This document shows, one piece after another, positions 10,400 through 23,476 of a stretch of DNA of 64,000 nt (position 1 is the first letter of the stretch; every line of letters begins with the position of its first letter). Origin of the DNA: Picochlorum sp. SENEW3 (taxonomy: Eukaryota); the NCBI GenBank assembly GCA_034226945.1, contig CP120464.1, forward strand, positions 186,001-250,000, in the 5' to 3' direction. The notes below the pieces were generated by a model, which was given only the letters and a program-made list of their open reading frames with translations, was not told the origin of the DNA and did no database searches. The position numbers and the translations under genes were made by a program.

Positions 10400-11476
10400 A
10401 TGAGCAGCGAAGACGCTAAAAGGTTCGACCTTGGGTCTGAAGACGGCCAGCAGATGGAACTGTCCGAGGTGTTGGGGTGCAGGACGCTGCCCCGCGAGGT
10501 GGCCAGGAGGCTGGAAGCCACGGCAGGTGGGCAGAACGGGCGAGTGTCCGTGGATACCCTGGTAGAAATAATTGTGACAAGTCACAACTCTGGAGGCAAT
10601 CGTGCAGTGCTCCGGAGAAGCGTCTTTGGTTTCACTGTTGCGACGGTCTGCCTGTCAGCAGTGGTGTGTGGCCTGGTGTTCGGGTCCGTGCACCTGACCT
10701 CTCAAATGAAGGTGAACAATAGCGTGCTATATGAACGCAGCAACCCTGATGTGCCGATGCATGCTGGTGCCACGAAAGTGGTATACGATGCAACCTCTCT
10801 GCAAAGTTTGCAAACTGCCAGTGGCAGGCGCTCTACACCACAAACCCGGCGTAAATTGCTTTCATCCATTCAAGATCCATACACAGAAAGCGATAAAGAT
10901 ACTCTAGCATTTAGGAGTGACCTGATGGGGACCAAATTAAGATCTCTACGAACATTGCTGTTTACGGATAAGGATGGCACCTTACACATGTATCAGACTG
11001 CGTCAGTTTCTCTTCTTCCTGATGGCAATTTTGACGTGGTTGCCATATCTGGAGAAAAATTCATGATAACTGCAAATGGTGTTTTCATGGTGAACAGTGT
11101 GTCAAGTGATGCAACATCTGGGGGACGCAGGTTGCTGCAGGACGAGGGCTCTGGTGAAAGTATATTCACCGACTTTTTAGTGGTCGCGGATGCCTTGCTG
11201 TCGACTCTTGATAGCAGTAACACCGTCGATGCAAGTTCAAAACAGCCCAAGAAATTGCATGGCGACGTTTGTCATTGTGATGATGGTTGTTACTCTGGAT
11301 TCTGTGGATATTCAGCTGTTGGCACTGCCGCAAATGCAGTGAAAGAGATGACACAATTCCCTTCCCTAGCATACTACTGTGACGATCCGCCGGCAGAGTT
11401 TGCTGGTCCTGAGAAGAAATGCAAAGGCATGATTTATTGTGGTGATTGCTACAGTGGTTTGTATAGGGAATTCTAG
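10400..11476 (+). CDS. Hypothetical single-pass membrane protein with RRKLL/RRLL motifs and Cys-rich C-terminus
   Basis: Intact 358-aa ORF with one hydrophobic helix (VFGFTVATVCLSAVVCGLVFGSV), TRRKLLS and GGRRLLQ motifs, and a CHCDDGCYSGFC...CxxxxYCGDC tail. Confidence 0.75.
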   Translation: MSSEDAKRFDLGSEDGQQMELSEVLGCRTLPREVARRLEATAGGQNGRVSVDTLVEIIVTSHNSGGNRAVLRRSVFGFTVATVCLSAVVCGLVFGSVHLTSQMKVNNSVLYERSNPDVPMHAGATKVVYDATSLQSLQTASGRRSTPQTRRKLLSSIQDPYTESDKDTLAFRSDLMGTKLRSLRTLLFTDKDGTLHMYQTASVSLLPDGNFDVVAISGEKFMITANGVFMVNSVSSDATSGGRRLLQDEGSGESIFTDFLVVADALLSTLDSSNTVDASSKQPKKLHGDVCHCDDGCYSGFCGYSAVGTAANAVKEMTQFPSLAYYCDDPPAEFAGPEKKCKGMIYCGDCYSGLYREF

Positions 11477-12438
11477 GCCCCCTGGTCTGAACGAGGGCTC
11501 AAAATTGGAAAGTCGCATAGAGGTTTACCCACAGATGTTCAGACCCAAGAAAGAACATCACTGTGCCTTTTATAAATTCCAGTGATGTGGAAAGTGCAGT
11601 TCTCAGGCACACTGAGCCTGAGAACTTGTGGGCTTCCTCCTCAAACAAACCCTTTGTCGTCAAATATCGCACTTTGTCTTTGAAGTTTACGCTGTCTTTT
11701 TTCTTCCTCTAAGCAGATGAAGTTATGCCACCACCACCAGAACATGAAGACTGTTGAAGCGGCCAAATGCAAATGCACTTTGGAGAGGTGCAGGATATGG
11801 GGTAGAGAGAAGCCAGGAACATGTTATGGTGACCAATACATCCCATATTCAACCATGACAAGCCATTATAGAAGACTAATATACGACATGAAGAAACAAG
11901 GCAAGTCTGACCCAGTTGATCGCCCAAAATTGGAGCATGTCTCTGAAGACATTGTTAACTGCACTGTATCCAGAAGAAGAAGAAGAAATCCACGCTCCAG
12001 TTGCCTTGAAGAAAGCAAGATCGACATAGACTTGAACAATAATGGTCCTGTATGTAGTTGAAGATGGCAGCGATTGGATCCCAGGTAATGAGATCTCATT
12101 CTCATCTCACTTCTAGAAGTAAACCATGAATTCCATAGAATAGATAGATGATGATGAGGAGAGGTGTTTAAATGTCTTTTATTACGATACTTTTTGTTTT
12201 TTTTTTCGAATCTCATGTATATTATACACGATTAAATCGGTAGTGTGTGTGCGTTTGAGGTCCACTTTGTAATATAAATTTTACATTGATATACGAATCA
12301 ATCATCATCATTGGTGAAAATACCAGGTGGCGGAAAAGAAGAATCGGAAGATTGACAACGTTTGAAATTTGAATCATGGTTTTTTGAAGATCGAGAGCAT
12401 TGCCGTAATACCTCGTGCTGAATAATAACCTATAGAAT

Positions 12439-14022
12439 ATGAATAAAGAGCCGACCGTGCTGATGCGATGGTTGAGGGGTGGGAATGGCAATGAGAATGT
12501 GCCCCAGAATACAAGAGCAGGAGGAGCAAACTCCTCGTCTTCCTCAGGCGGCGCATTCCCAAGAGAAAAGACCAGCAGGCCACGACAGAGAAAAAATGTG
12601 ATTGAGAGTGTGTTAGATCGAGGAGTGACTGGGCGTCTGTGTTCCTGGTCAGAGAGCATGCTTCATGGGACGAGTATGGGGATGCACTCTTGTGTGGGCC
12701 ACTGTGGGTTTCGAGGGGAAGTTGTTGGGCTGCAGACAGGGTCTCTACACGATGCTATGTTGAGTGGACAGAGACGTGTGTATCCGCATGATGGCAGTAT
12801 TCAATGTGTGGAGATGGATCGGATCGGGGAGCTATGCGCGACTGGAGATTCCTATGGTCTCGTTATGGTGAATTATGTGTCATCAATCCATGGGGCTGTG
12901 TCAGCGGATGGTGGCATGTGCGACACAGCGCTGTCTCTTCAGACGTCGACTGCTCGTCGGAAAATTTCATCTCTTCGATGGAATCCAATGAATCAAGATG
13001 AGTTGGCTGTGGTGCATCAGAGGGCAACACGGGTTCTTGTGTATGATATTAATAGGACAACCGGTCAACCATCTCAGACGTGTATACTCCCTGCGGATGT
13101 GCATGGTGGGCATGATATGGTGTACTTTAACGAGACATCGTCGCAGGGGCAATCGTATTGTAGTGCTGTGGGATGTGGTGATGGTTCAGTATTGCTTTGG
13201 GATTCTAGGAAGAAGGGATCTCTAGCGTGTTCTCTGCGGGGTCTGACTCGTTCTGGGGCCACAGTATCGTTGGAGATTGTGGATCACGGTCGACTCGTCT
13301 TGGGTGGAACGAGTCGAGATCAGATTCATGTCTGGGACTTGCGTAAAGTCTCTGGAAGCTCGCTGACGTTTAGTGCCGTTCCCAACAAGCATCCTCTCCT
13401 GCATTCAGTGACCCTGTCCCAAGAGCTTGTTCGGGTTCCTGGTTTGATTGACGAGTCTGGGTACATTCCTCCATGCATGCCTCAATCGTTACATGCTGAT
13501 CCATATTCATACCATCGGCTCGCGTGCCATATGGCGTGTGGTTGGACGGCAGTGTTTGATATGGCGAGCATGGAGATGACACACATCCATGCACCACCCA
13601 GCAGTGCAATGGGTTGTGTCGACCAAGGCTTGTCATTGGAAGATGCTGCCCATGCGAGACGGGTGGGTGATTCTGGTCGCGTTGCTCTTCCTCATGAAGT
13701 CGTGACACATGGGCCCGAGGCGCCGGAGCGTACTGCAGGAAATAGCCGTCCGATGAGTGGTCGGCAGGCTGGATGTTGGAGGAATGCATCAGAGTTTGTT
13801 GTTCCGTCTCGAGCAAAGGATGCGCTTTTTACTATCGACTTTAGTTCGTCCCTTCATTCAGGGACGAGAATCAAGGACCAACATTCAATGGATGAGATGG
13901 GGCAGCCGAAAGCAGCAGTTGAGGTGGAGATTCCACATGCAGCATCCTGTGCTGTCATCTCTGAACCATCAGGCTCCATCCTGGCATTCGGTGCTCAGGG
14001 GCGATGTTCTAAAGTGACATGA
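12439..14022 (+). CDS. WD40-repeat protein
   Basis: 527-aa ORF with WD-like repeats (GCGDGSVLLWD, GTSRDQIHVWDLR, ISSLRWNP). Confidence 0.8.
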   Translation: MNKEPTVLMRWLRGGNGNENVPQNTRAGGANSSSSSGGAFPREKTSRPRQRKNVIESVLDRGVTGRLCSWSESMLHGTSMGMHSCVGHCGFRGEVVGLQTGSLHDAMLSGQRRVYPHDGSIQCVEMDRIGELCATGDSYGLVMVNYVSSIHGAVSADGGMCDTALSLQTSTARRKISSLRWNPMNQDELAVVHQRATRVLVYDINRTTGQPSQTCILPADVHGGHDMVYFNETSSQGQSYCSAVGCGDGSVLLWDSRKKGSLACSLRGLTRSGATVSLEIVDHGRLVLGGTSRDQIHVWDLRKVSGSSLTFSAVPNKHPLLHSVTLSQELVRVPGLIDESGYIPPCMPQSLHADPYSYHRLACHMACGWTAVFDMASMEMTHIHAPPSSAMGCVDQGLSLEDAAHARRVGDSGRVALPHEVVTHGPEAPERTAGNSRPMSGRQAGCWRNASEFVVPSRAKDALFTIDFSSSLHSGTRIKDQHSMDEMGQPKAAVEVEIPHAASCAVISEPSGSILAFGAQGRCSKVT

Positions 14023-14050
14023 CATACACAAGCTTTGATATTACATTACA

Positions 14051-15566
14051 TTACATGATTGTACATATAGATTTCTTCTTCTTTTCTTTCGTAGGAACTC
14101 GAGTCATATCTCGTCGTCTTTCTGCTGCTGCTGCCGCCCTCATGTCCTCCTCCTGTTGCATCTGTAATGCTATGCTATAATCTGCATTCTCTTGGTCCAC
14201 GTGATCGACCGCACTACTCGCGAATTCAAGAGCTTCTAGGTTTGATGTCTCGCGAGCCCCATCAACGTGGGGTTTGAATGATTCAAAGTTCCATCCAACA
14301 AATTCAGTATCCCCATCCACTGTTGTCAATTTCTCCCACACAATATCAGATTCATTTTGATACCCTTGATCCGTCACGAGAAGATACAAACAATTCTCGT
14401 GTTTCAGCATCACATTGAAGTGATTATTTCTGAAAAACACCGCAAGCTGACCTTCACGCAATCCATCAACAAGGCACGCCAGTCCATATACTGTCAACTG
14501 ACTAGGGCTGCCTTCTAAAAAATCTTTCGCCAATAAGGCCGCCTTGACATCCTCATCGCGCTTGGTAGCCATCGAGATACTTTCTATACTAGACGATAAT
14601 TTTCTGCCCGGGGTATCCATGGAATCCCGTGACGCCACACTTCCCTCGTAGCTCGCCTTTGGCGTCTTGAATGCATCCTTGACAGTATCATTCATCATAC
14701 AACTGATCGCCTTGGTCACACTATCTTGACTCGTCGCACTCGCAGACTTGCGTAATTTCTTTCCCGAGTCCATCGGAGTCTCAGCATCATGCTGCTGAAT
14801 CTTAAGCGCCGACAATTCCAAGGCAGATGCCAGCTCTGCCTGACTAATGCCTGGGGTGTGGTGAGGCACATGTTCTGGTATTGGAGTAATATTAGAGTCA
14901 TTCTGATTCGACAATGTACGGCTCAACGTTCCACTATCTTGTGCACATGCAATAATATCACAGACAACTTCGTTATACGTTTTATCCTGCAATGCATTCC
15001 TCGTGGCCACATCCTGTGGATCCACCACCCAACCATGAACTAGATCAATACCCAAGAGATCAAACACAGCCACCTCTGCGGTGAACTCCAACCCTCTAAT
15101 ATTATTAAACTTTACATTCACATCAATGCCTGTCGTCAACTGTGGCAACATGGATATAGCATCAGCCAGATTAAACTGCAAATTAGCCCTATACACATCC
15201 TCTCCTTCTGCCTCTGATTTTGCAAAGTTGGTATCCAATAAATACTCAGCAAGCAATTGAACTACCTTTGACTGCACCATAGCATTCATATAAATGAAAT
15301 ATGCATCTTTGGGTGGAGATGATTACCGATCATACTATACATGACAAAAAAACTCATAGACAGGTATGACCCACCTGTTGCAGTTCCCCTAGCCCTTTTT
15401 GTGGAAGATCCACAGAACCTCGTAAAAGCAGAATATTGAATATAGCGAGTATTGGACAGGGCCCATTGATGTCTTGTAGCAATATTGGGACAGTATCTGT
15501 AATCATAGACCCTCGTTTCCATCGAATGTGTTTTACCAGGTACACCGAATCTTGGGTGTCCGGCAT
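14051..15566 (-). CDS. MINDY-family (DUF544) deubiquitinase with MIU and C-terminal CaaX
   Basis: QDINGPCPILAIFNILLL, LVHGWVVDP, FFRNNHF, LLVTDQGY, MIU-like DYSIALQMQQEE, and ending KKKKSICTIM. Intron 15374-15272. Confidence 0.93.
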
Positions 15567-15869
15567 TCTGTATCACGTATTGCCCCTTCCAAGACGATAA
15601 ATAATCTTTCAACAATTATATATGTGGGTTTGAGGGACAACGGGTCTAGATTTCATTCGGAACGGTACTAGTTTCATGAGATCAAGGGCTTGTTGGGTAG
15701 AACCCAACATCCAGATGTCTCAGATCTGAGAAAAACCATTACAGACAACGTTTTTTATTCGTATGCAGATGCAATGACACGTCAATGTCCATCTCATCAA
15801 TAGATGGCCAGCGGTGCCGAACTTGTGTACATGTGAGAAGAGAATCAAATACAACACCCTGCATCCAAA

Positions 15870-16934
15870 TCAATTTGCCACAACAGGCTTGGCATTGTGG
15901 GGTTTCAACGATTTCCATTCCTCTTCAATTCTATGGATGGATGTCACTTTCACCCACTGAGCGGCTCCAGCCCAGTTATTCAGCAATCTGAGAGCGAAAC
16001 TGCCAATTTTGCCCACACCTGGGCCTTTCATATACAAGATATCCTCACATGCAGTGAGGGCATTGTACCTAATGTTGCTCGATGTGGCCATGAACCCACT
16101 CCACACAGTCCCAGTGCCATGTATCGATTGCACTGTTTTGGGAGGAATAAATGAGGGATCAATGGACTCTCTAAAGCGAATGAGACCATGAACGCATGCA
16201 GCCCCTAGAGCTCCCATACACAGTCCAACAGCCCCATACTGCACTCCTTTCAACACAAATGTGGCCAATCGTGCTGCTGGAGTAAATCCTGGAGATCCTG
16301 GTGGCGCCATCTGGAACACATGTGCTGGCAACGTGTTCAGTTTTAATCGAGCACGCAGAGATCCAGTCACTGGTGGGGGTCTGGTTGTTGATGGAGCCAA
16401 GAGATAGACAATCGCAAAATCGCTTAGTAATGAGATGGCGAGATGACAAAACGTAAACTCCAATTCTTTCAGGAAACGTTCCTTTCTCGCCGCAATATTT
16501 GCTCCTGTAATAATGGCAGCATCAAGTCCACACTCTATCACCAATTTTGTTGCAAAGTATGGATCTGCTTCGAGACGCCCGCGAACACCGCGCAGTAATA
16601 ATGCCAATGGACCCATACCAACTCCTCCTGGCGAAGAATCACCAGAGTCTCCCCATCTATGCCCGTCATCACTCGGAGGAATGGTACCACCACCATTTCC
16701 ACCATCCACCTCTGTCGATGCCATGTATTCAGTCTTGGTCGCTGGAATAGCACTATCCTGCGACTGCTGCTGTTGATTCATCCCATATGAAAAAGAAGAT
16801 GGCTCATTCTCCAACGAGCAATGAGATATGCTTGACAATCTGTTGCCCCGTGCACCAATCTTCCCACCAAACACACACCTACCCCTGCAACGCGGCTGCG
16901 CTCTAACAGCCACCCCTGCCGTTATCCGACACAT
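15870..16934 (-). CDS. RETICULATA-related (DUF3411) plastid envelope protein
   Basis: Transit-like N-terminus, Gly-rich linker, RLEADPYFATKLVIE, SDFAIVYLLAP, FMATSSNIRYN, LRLLNNWAG. Confidence 0.9.
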   Translation of the reverse strand: MCRITAGVAVRAQPRCRGRCVFGGKIGARGNRLSSISHCSLENEPSSFSYGMNQQQQSQDSAIPATKTEYMASTEVDGGNGGGTIPPSDDGHRWGDSGDSSPGGVGMGPLALLLRGVRGRLEADPYFATKLVIECGLDAAIITGANIAARKERFLKELEFTFCHLAISLLSDFAIVYLLAPSTTRPPPVTGSLRARLKLNTLPAHVFQMAPPGSPGFTPAARLATFVLKGVQYGAVGLCMGALGAACVHGLIRFRESIDPSFIPPKTVQSIHGTGTVWSGFMATSSNIRYNALTACEDILYMKGPGVGKIGSFALRLLNNWAGAAQWVKVTSIHRIEEEWKSLKPHNAKPVVAN

Positions 16935-17781
16935 GATTCTTCACTGGCTCCCTTTCAGATGCCTCCTTCAACGCACGAATAACAGACTGTTCCTCCTTGC
17001 GCTGCTCACGCTTGTTTGCCTTTTGAAATCTTGTTAATCCAGAGAATCCCCACTTGGGAAGCCACGCACGTCCCCCAGTTGTTTTCTTTACGACCAGAAC
17101 AAACTGCAGTCATGCAGAGAGAGAACGTGGTTAGTAGTATCACACGACGCTTGTACCAGACCATAACAAGACTATGTGTGCATGGCGCAGTCACACCCGC
17201 CACAGACTCCCAAACCCCCCAAAAAGACGCATGCAATTATGTAGTATATAGATGTATAGCCACTAGATACATCACAAGTCCTTTTCAAGCGCTCATGACC
17301 ATATAACATACCCTGGAGGCGAGAACCATGAGTTTCAAAATAGAGAGAAACTGCGAGCGAGTCTTCTCCCTACCTGATGTAATCAGTATATGTCAAAGTA
17401 TTTGATTCTCTGATTTCTGCAGTATTTGTACCCAATCCCGACGAAACACGCGCGATGTGATCGTACTTGGACTGAAATGGCGTTCTGCCCTTTTCTTCTA
17501 CTCAATCGGTGAAATAAGAGTGATCTGTAAGGTCTAAATAACAGTAAATGGTTTAAAAAACTACGCAGGGCAACGAACGGGTAGGTTTCTCATGCTGTGA
17601 CTGGTGGAGGATAGTCGCGATGGGAACCATTTTGTACGATCCCATCAAAATCCACTTTTGACCGTGTCTTGTATATCTACCAAAGTCTACATGCGGGTTT
17701 TTGGAAACGACGCCTGTATCAGACAATCAGGCTTTATTTCTAATCTAGTATCAATTTATAGTATTATTTTACCATTTTAAT

Positions 17782-20700
17782 ATGGCAGTGGACAACGAGG
17801 ATGGCTGGATTCGAGAATTGGGGTCGTTGGTTTCTCAAGGTGGACCAGAAGGGACACTCTTGCCGCAGAAAGAGTATGACGTGATCGTCCGTAGGATTGT
17901 CCATAATATACAAGAGGCTCGGGTTTCTTTAGTAGAGGTTTTGAGGCCTTTAGAGGCGTATTTGGTGACGGAGGATGATGTGCCTCGGTGCAGAGCTGTT
18001 TCCTTCTTTGCAGAGTTGCTGGCACAGTTCCCTGGTTTGATGGCGGCACGTGATGTCGACGTGCATTACCTGGCAGAGTTTTTTACAGCAAAGCTCCTGG
18101 ATTTGTCTACGTTGCATGGGGCATTGTTGGGATGTCAGGCAGTGCTAGGGTCTGGACAGATGGGAGAAGAGGATGCTGTGGCCATGTTGAAGATGATTCA
18201 GGATGGGGTGTACATTCGATCGTTGAGCGTGAAGGATCGGCAACTGGCTCTTTCGATTATTGATGAAATTGTTCTATCATGTGGGAAGCAAGGGTTGGAT
18301 GCGGATATTGATTTGGCAGAGCTTGTGGTGGTGTCTATTGATGGCGAGAAGGATCCACGATGCTTGTTGGCAGGTTTTGATGTTGCGACGCATGTTATGA
18401 AGCTCTTTGCGTCACTGGATAGTGATTCTGTGCATGTAGAGTATATGGAGAGTGTGTGCGAAGAGATGTTTGACATTTTGTCGTGTTATTTTCCCGTGGC
18501 ATTTACACCATCAGATGATGATGAGGCATCCATCACTCGGGATGATCTTGCTCAAGCGTTGCAGGCGACGCTGCTGGCATGGCCAGGATTTCGTACGTAT
18601 GTATTGGATCTTGTGGAAGAAAAGATGTCATCTGTGATGAAGCAGGCCAAAAAGGATTCCCTTTGTTTGTTGATGGGGCTGTCCCATGTGGATGGCCACG
18701 CGGTGTGTGCGGAATCTCGGAGAGTCTGGAATATGCTGCGGCCGCAGTTAATGATGGCATTTTTTGACGGGAAAGAGTATGCGCCATCATTTCAAAGTGC
18801 ACAGGATGTAGGAATAGGGGATGATGCTCTCAAGTGCTTGGCAGAATGTTTGCAGGTGGGTATGATGGTGTTTTTGTTTCAGATTTAGTGCTCTGATGGG
18901 ACTAATTCTCTCTCATATCTGTTATGCAGGCGTGTAATGCGTTGCCGAACAAAAGTACGGATGAAACAAAAAATCCTCTAGCTGCTCAAGTATTGTCTGA
19001 TGTGGCCATTGAGGATGCTCTTACCTGTCTTGAACACAGTGCGGTGGACAGGGATGCAGATGCTTTTATTCGAGCTGTTGCATCCGTTCGATCGTCATAT
19101 GTGATCTTAAAAGCATGCAGTATGGCAGGGGGTCAAGCGATGGCAGAGGCGATGCATACCGTGAGTCCGAGAATCTTTCAATGTTTGGAACAGCCTCCTG
19201 ATGTGTGTCAGGAAGCTGTGTGCCTGGGCCATCTCCTGTTGCATTCCTTGGTTGCAGGAGAAGGAGCATCCGATGGGACAAATGCTAAAACAGTAGAAGA
19301 AGTGGCAGAACGCATTCTTGATATTGCTCTTAAGTTCAGTGATCTTGTAGGAGAAGATGAAAATACTGCAGACAAGGCATGGACTGGAGATGAGTTCTCA
19401 TGGCCGACAAACCAGACCGCCTATTCTACCGCAACTCTAGCCCTGACAAAGCTTCACATATGTCATACAATGATTCAAACTCGTACATTTCATAACGTAT
19501 GGACTGTGGAGCGTATCAATAAAGTGGTAGATGGCCTTATTCAGTGCCTTCTCCAGGCACAGGCTGATACGAGCATCACCTCTGTTGCAGAGCGCAGTCT
19601 CGTGGACGTGTGCGCCATGCCACAGCTTCCCTCTCCCTTTGATCACATAAAGCATATCTTGAGTCATATTGATTACAAAGAGGCGCAGCAGGTACAAAGA
19701 ATGTTTCGGGTCGTTTCACAGTTGTGTGTGAAGGAGCCTGTGCTGTGTTCCGAGGCATTTCAATGTATACACAAACAATTAAGCGATGAGACAGCGCCCC
19801 TTGCCATAAAAGCTCTTGCTATCCTTGAAAATTCTCTTGGGGATGAAAGTGAGTGCGACCCGATAGAGATTGACATTCTGACCATGCTCATCACATCATC
19901 ACAGGAGGACAATCAGAGCAGCACAGATGATGTCTTGCAGACATGTTTCAAGATATGCCTCAAGTCGTCTCCATCCATACAGCAAGACATTATCATGCAA
20001 TACAGCAATATTTTCCTGGAGCTTGATCAGAGACCAGTGGTCTCCCAGTACAGTGCCATTGGAGTATTATTGGGACTTGACAAGCAATCAGTGATTGCCA
20101 TGATGGTGCATCAGGAGGACACCAGCCAGGACTCTATTATCCAACGACTTGTGCAACTATCAGGAAGGCATGACACCAATCAACATGGAGAAAACAAATG
20201 GTACCGAATATGCTTGGCATCACTGCTGAATAAGTGCATTCCAGAGAAGAATGAAATGGTTGAGAGCGTGCTGAGCACCTTGCTGAACCATGCACGAGAG
20301 ACACAACACCCCATGGATTGGGCATGCCTTGAGGTTTGCTGTAAAGCAATAGCAAAGTGCGGTGGAAGCTTGGAGACGATAGTAACACACATGTGCACCA
20401 ACATCGATGAGAGAGACCATGCGCATTCCTTGCTGCAGGCATTGTTGACAGAATCACCAGATGACACATGGATACAAACCAAGGCACACGCGCAGGTCAA
20501 ATTCTTATGGCAGCAACGAACATATGAGACAATGAAATTCATAATAATGTCATCATATAGTGCAGAAGAATCAGTTGCACGCGAGCATGCGCTGATCCAC
20601 CTCATTGCTGGTGCCCCAGATGCAATCATTGACAGTGACACAACATGTGTGACACGCACCACATCAGGGTTTCTCTCCAAGTCAGAATGCGTCAATACGT

Positions 20701-21029
20701 ATCTTTCATCAGACGATGCATCAAAGATACTTGAGAATGTTCTATCCACCTTCAAAACATTGTTGCAATCCGAGAAGGCTCGGGACATGATGCAACCAGT
20801 CATGAGTCACATACTCCCCAATCTCATCACCGTGGTCACATCTGCATATTACTCCGTGTCACGGCGACTCGCATTAGAGTGTTTAGAAAAGATTGGTGCA
20901 TTGGTACCATATCAAAGCATCCATCAATTCCGGAACGACGTGATCAAAGCATCCACATCAGCATGTGATGATTTAAAACGCCATGTCAGGTTTGCAGCAG
21001 CAGCATGCAGACAGCAATGGTCATTATAA
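17782..21029 (+). CDS. MMS19: MMS19/MET18 cytosolic Fe-S assembly scaffold
   Basis: IDGEKDPRCLL, FDILSCYFPVAF, ITRDDL and C-terminal DDLKRHVRFAAAACRQQW. Intron 18856-18929. Confidence 0.92.
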
Positions 21030-21085
21030 AAACGCACAATTATAATCATATATTTGTACATATACAAACGTAAAGAATACTATTA

Positions 21086-22272
21086 TTATTCGCTCTTCTT
21101 CTCAGCCGCCAGCTTGGCCTGCTTCCGGTAATACCTATTCCTAAAGGATGCATGCAGTGAATGCACATATCCATTGATGGCCCACACTGGACACAGGGAC
21201 TGGATTGCCAACAACATCAGCCCATGGCTCCAATACGGTGTCCTATCAGTCTCATACCCAATCTGCTTAACAGCAGATTTCGCCCACGCCTTTGGCGTCG
21301 GCGCATCAATCCTTGGCTTTCGTATCTTTGAAATCTTTGTTGTCACAAAGAATGGACACTGATCCTGCACCCTCACATTAAAAGGCTTCAACTCCTCATC
21401 CATCGATCTAGAAAACTGGTTAATATACGCCTTTGATCCAGCATAGATGCTCAACAACGGAACAGCCGGCAAAATACCGTTTGCAGACCCCACATTCACA
21501 ATAAAACCTCGATGCCTCGCCTTCATCCCTGGCAGCACCGCACTCGTCAACTACATATATATTTGTCAGTGTCAATGCACTCCACATACATATATATATA
21601 TATATATATACATATACAGAGAGAGACAGACAAAAAAAAGAATAGGATGAATACATTCTAAAAAAAAATAAAACGCACCGCTGTAGGAGCATATGTATTA
21701 ATACTGATCAAATCCCTGTTCACCTTGCTATCCACAGACTCGAGGTAATCCGGATGATCCAATGACATCCCAGCATTATTCACCAAGATCCCCACATCCA
21801 AATCCCGAATCATCGTAGAAAACCTTTCCAGCATCTCATCCGTCACATTCGTCAAATCCGCCGCAAACGTCATCACCTTGATCGACCTCTTCTTCTTCTC
21901 CTTGACATGCTGTACAATCTCCTCCTTGACCTGTTCCAATTTCGACGCTGTCCTGGACACCAAAACCAAATCCATCCCTGCATTCATCTCACTTTAAACA
22001 GATCATCTAGATTAGACTGTACAGAAGCAGAGAAAACACAGACATCACGCACCTGCAGAAGCTAATTCAAACGCATACGCTTTTCCAATCCCATCAGTTG
22101 CTCCCGTCACAATCGCATAGTCTCCATACGCTGTCAGCTTCTTTCCTGGTCTAATGAAATAAGTAAAAATGAACCAGATGATGGATATGGCAATTCGAAG
22201 ACAGATCAAGGCTGTCACAAGAACTGAAACTAGAATGACAACAGGTGGAATCTTCTCCACATACTCATCCAT
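21086..22272 (-). CDS. KCR1: Very-long-chain 3-ketoacyl-CoA reductase (SDR)
   Basis: [26 protein letters not shown] and YAGSKAY. Introns 22052-21978 and 21678-21551. The start may instead be 22287. Confidence 0.9.
21587..21627. repeat. (TA)n/(GA)n microsatellite in KCR intron
   Basis: A TA-dinucleotide run followed by gagagagac. Confidence 0.8.
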
Positions 22273-22318
22273 TCGTATGATATCCATATCCGTATTATAA
22301 AAATAATTAATAATTGAT

Positions 22319-23476
22319 TCAGAATGTAAAATAGCAGCTGAGATTGAGTTGATGAAAGATTGATCCACGAGTGCCAATCTTGGTTGACACCCGAGCTGAT
22401 CTCACAACCCAATGTTGATTTTTCTTCTCCTTCTCTTTCTTCTTCTTTGTTTTGTAGGAGAGAGAGAGGGCGACAGTTCTTTGTGTTGGTTTCCATGACA
22501 CACGATATGTGTGTCTGCCTTCATCATTTCCGTATGAGCGAGAGGCAGACATGGATGCCACGGACTGGCATGTCCATTCCACTGTATAATTGTTTCTTGT
22601 GGCATCATCCTTTCCAAGGGATAGGGATGTTGTATCCCGCCTCGAGTCCCTGGACGCCTTTATCCGATATTTTTGATGTAGAGGTTGCACGCATGAAATT
22701 GTATGCGGTCGGCAGGACCCTTGGTCCCATTCCATATCAATCTGTGGCATGTGCCATGATCTGTTGTGTAATCCTTGCTCCTTTGTTCTAGACTCCTCCT
22801 TGTCTGTTGAACATGGCACAGTCTTTTTTGAACATGTATGTAATTTCCATAACGTTGTTCTACATATATGAAGCTTAGAATCGCTCAGAGCGCCTTCTGA
22901 ACTGTCATCTGGTGACATGTGGTCTCTCGTGTACACAGCTGCGTGCTTTCTACCATGGGCAGCCTTGCATGTCCATGACAGCTTTTGTGTGTCGATACAC
23001 CGCACTGGCGATGTCGATACATCATACCGAACCGTTGTATCACGATATCCACACGGCCCAACCTCACAGGACAGCGTCCCAGTAGGTGGCATCCTGCTCA
23101 CCTGTGTTTCAATGCTCAAAGCAGGAAGCCGAGGTATACTCGCATCCAGGATACCATGCAACGATGCGATATTCAATTCATGAGAATCAGTTGCTGATAG
23201 AGTGCCATGAAGCATGCATCCCAGATGCATGCCTGGTGCTTGTCCAAGCACTGAATGACTGGTGGCCCACACAGATCCATGGAGAGACGCATCACCGTCA
23301 TCATCGGTATGAACGCTTGATGACGCTGACAGACATTTTGCTGCTCTATCTTGTCCAAACGCATGATCCTCCAAGGTAATTCCACTCGAAAATGAGGGAC
23401 CGATATCACCCTGCCCAGAGACCCGCAGCCGTCCAGTCTCAAGAGCCTTGTCCAACAGACTATCCCTCTCTTCCAC
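22319..23476 (-). CDS. Hypothetical protein (possible organellar beta-barrel)
   Basis: 385-aa ORF fills the space between neighbouring genes. It has strand-like alternating segments and ends LNLSCYFTF. Confidence 0.55.
   Translation of the reverse strand: MEERDSLLDKALETGRLRVSGQGDIGPSFSSGITLEDHAFGQDRAAKCLSASSSVHTDDDGDASLHGSVWATSHSVLGQAPGMHLGCMLHGTLSATDSHELNIASLHGILDASIPRLPALSIETQVSRMPPTGTLSCEVGPCGYRDTTVRYDVSTSPVRCIDTQKLSWTCKAAHGRKHAAVYTRDHMSPDDSSEGALSDSKLHICRTTLWKLHTCSKKTVPCSTDKEESRTKEQGLHNRSWHMPQIDMEWDQGSCRPHTISCVQPLHQKYRIKASRDSRRDTTSLSLGKDDATRNNYTVEWTCQSVASMSASRSYGNDEGRHTYRVSWKPTQRTVALSLSYKTKKKKEKEKKNQHWVVRSARVSTKIGTRGSIFHQLNLSCYFTF

Noticed and set aside
11717..12061. 114-aa ORF as a gene
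   Set aside because: No recognisable motif or convincing exon structure, so it cannot be supported from sequence alone.
20180..20803. Long antisense or overlapping ORFs (here, and 23970-24719, 44338-45003, 53427-54056 and others)
   Set aside because: They are shadows of well-supported genes on the opposite strand and have no motifs of their own.
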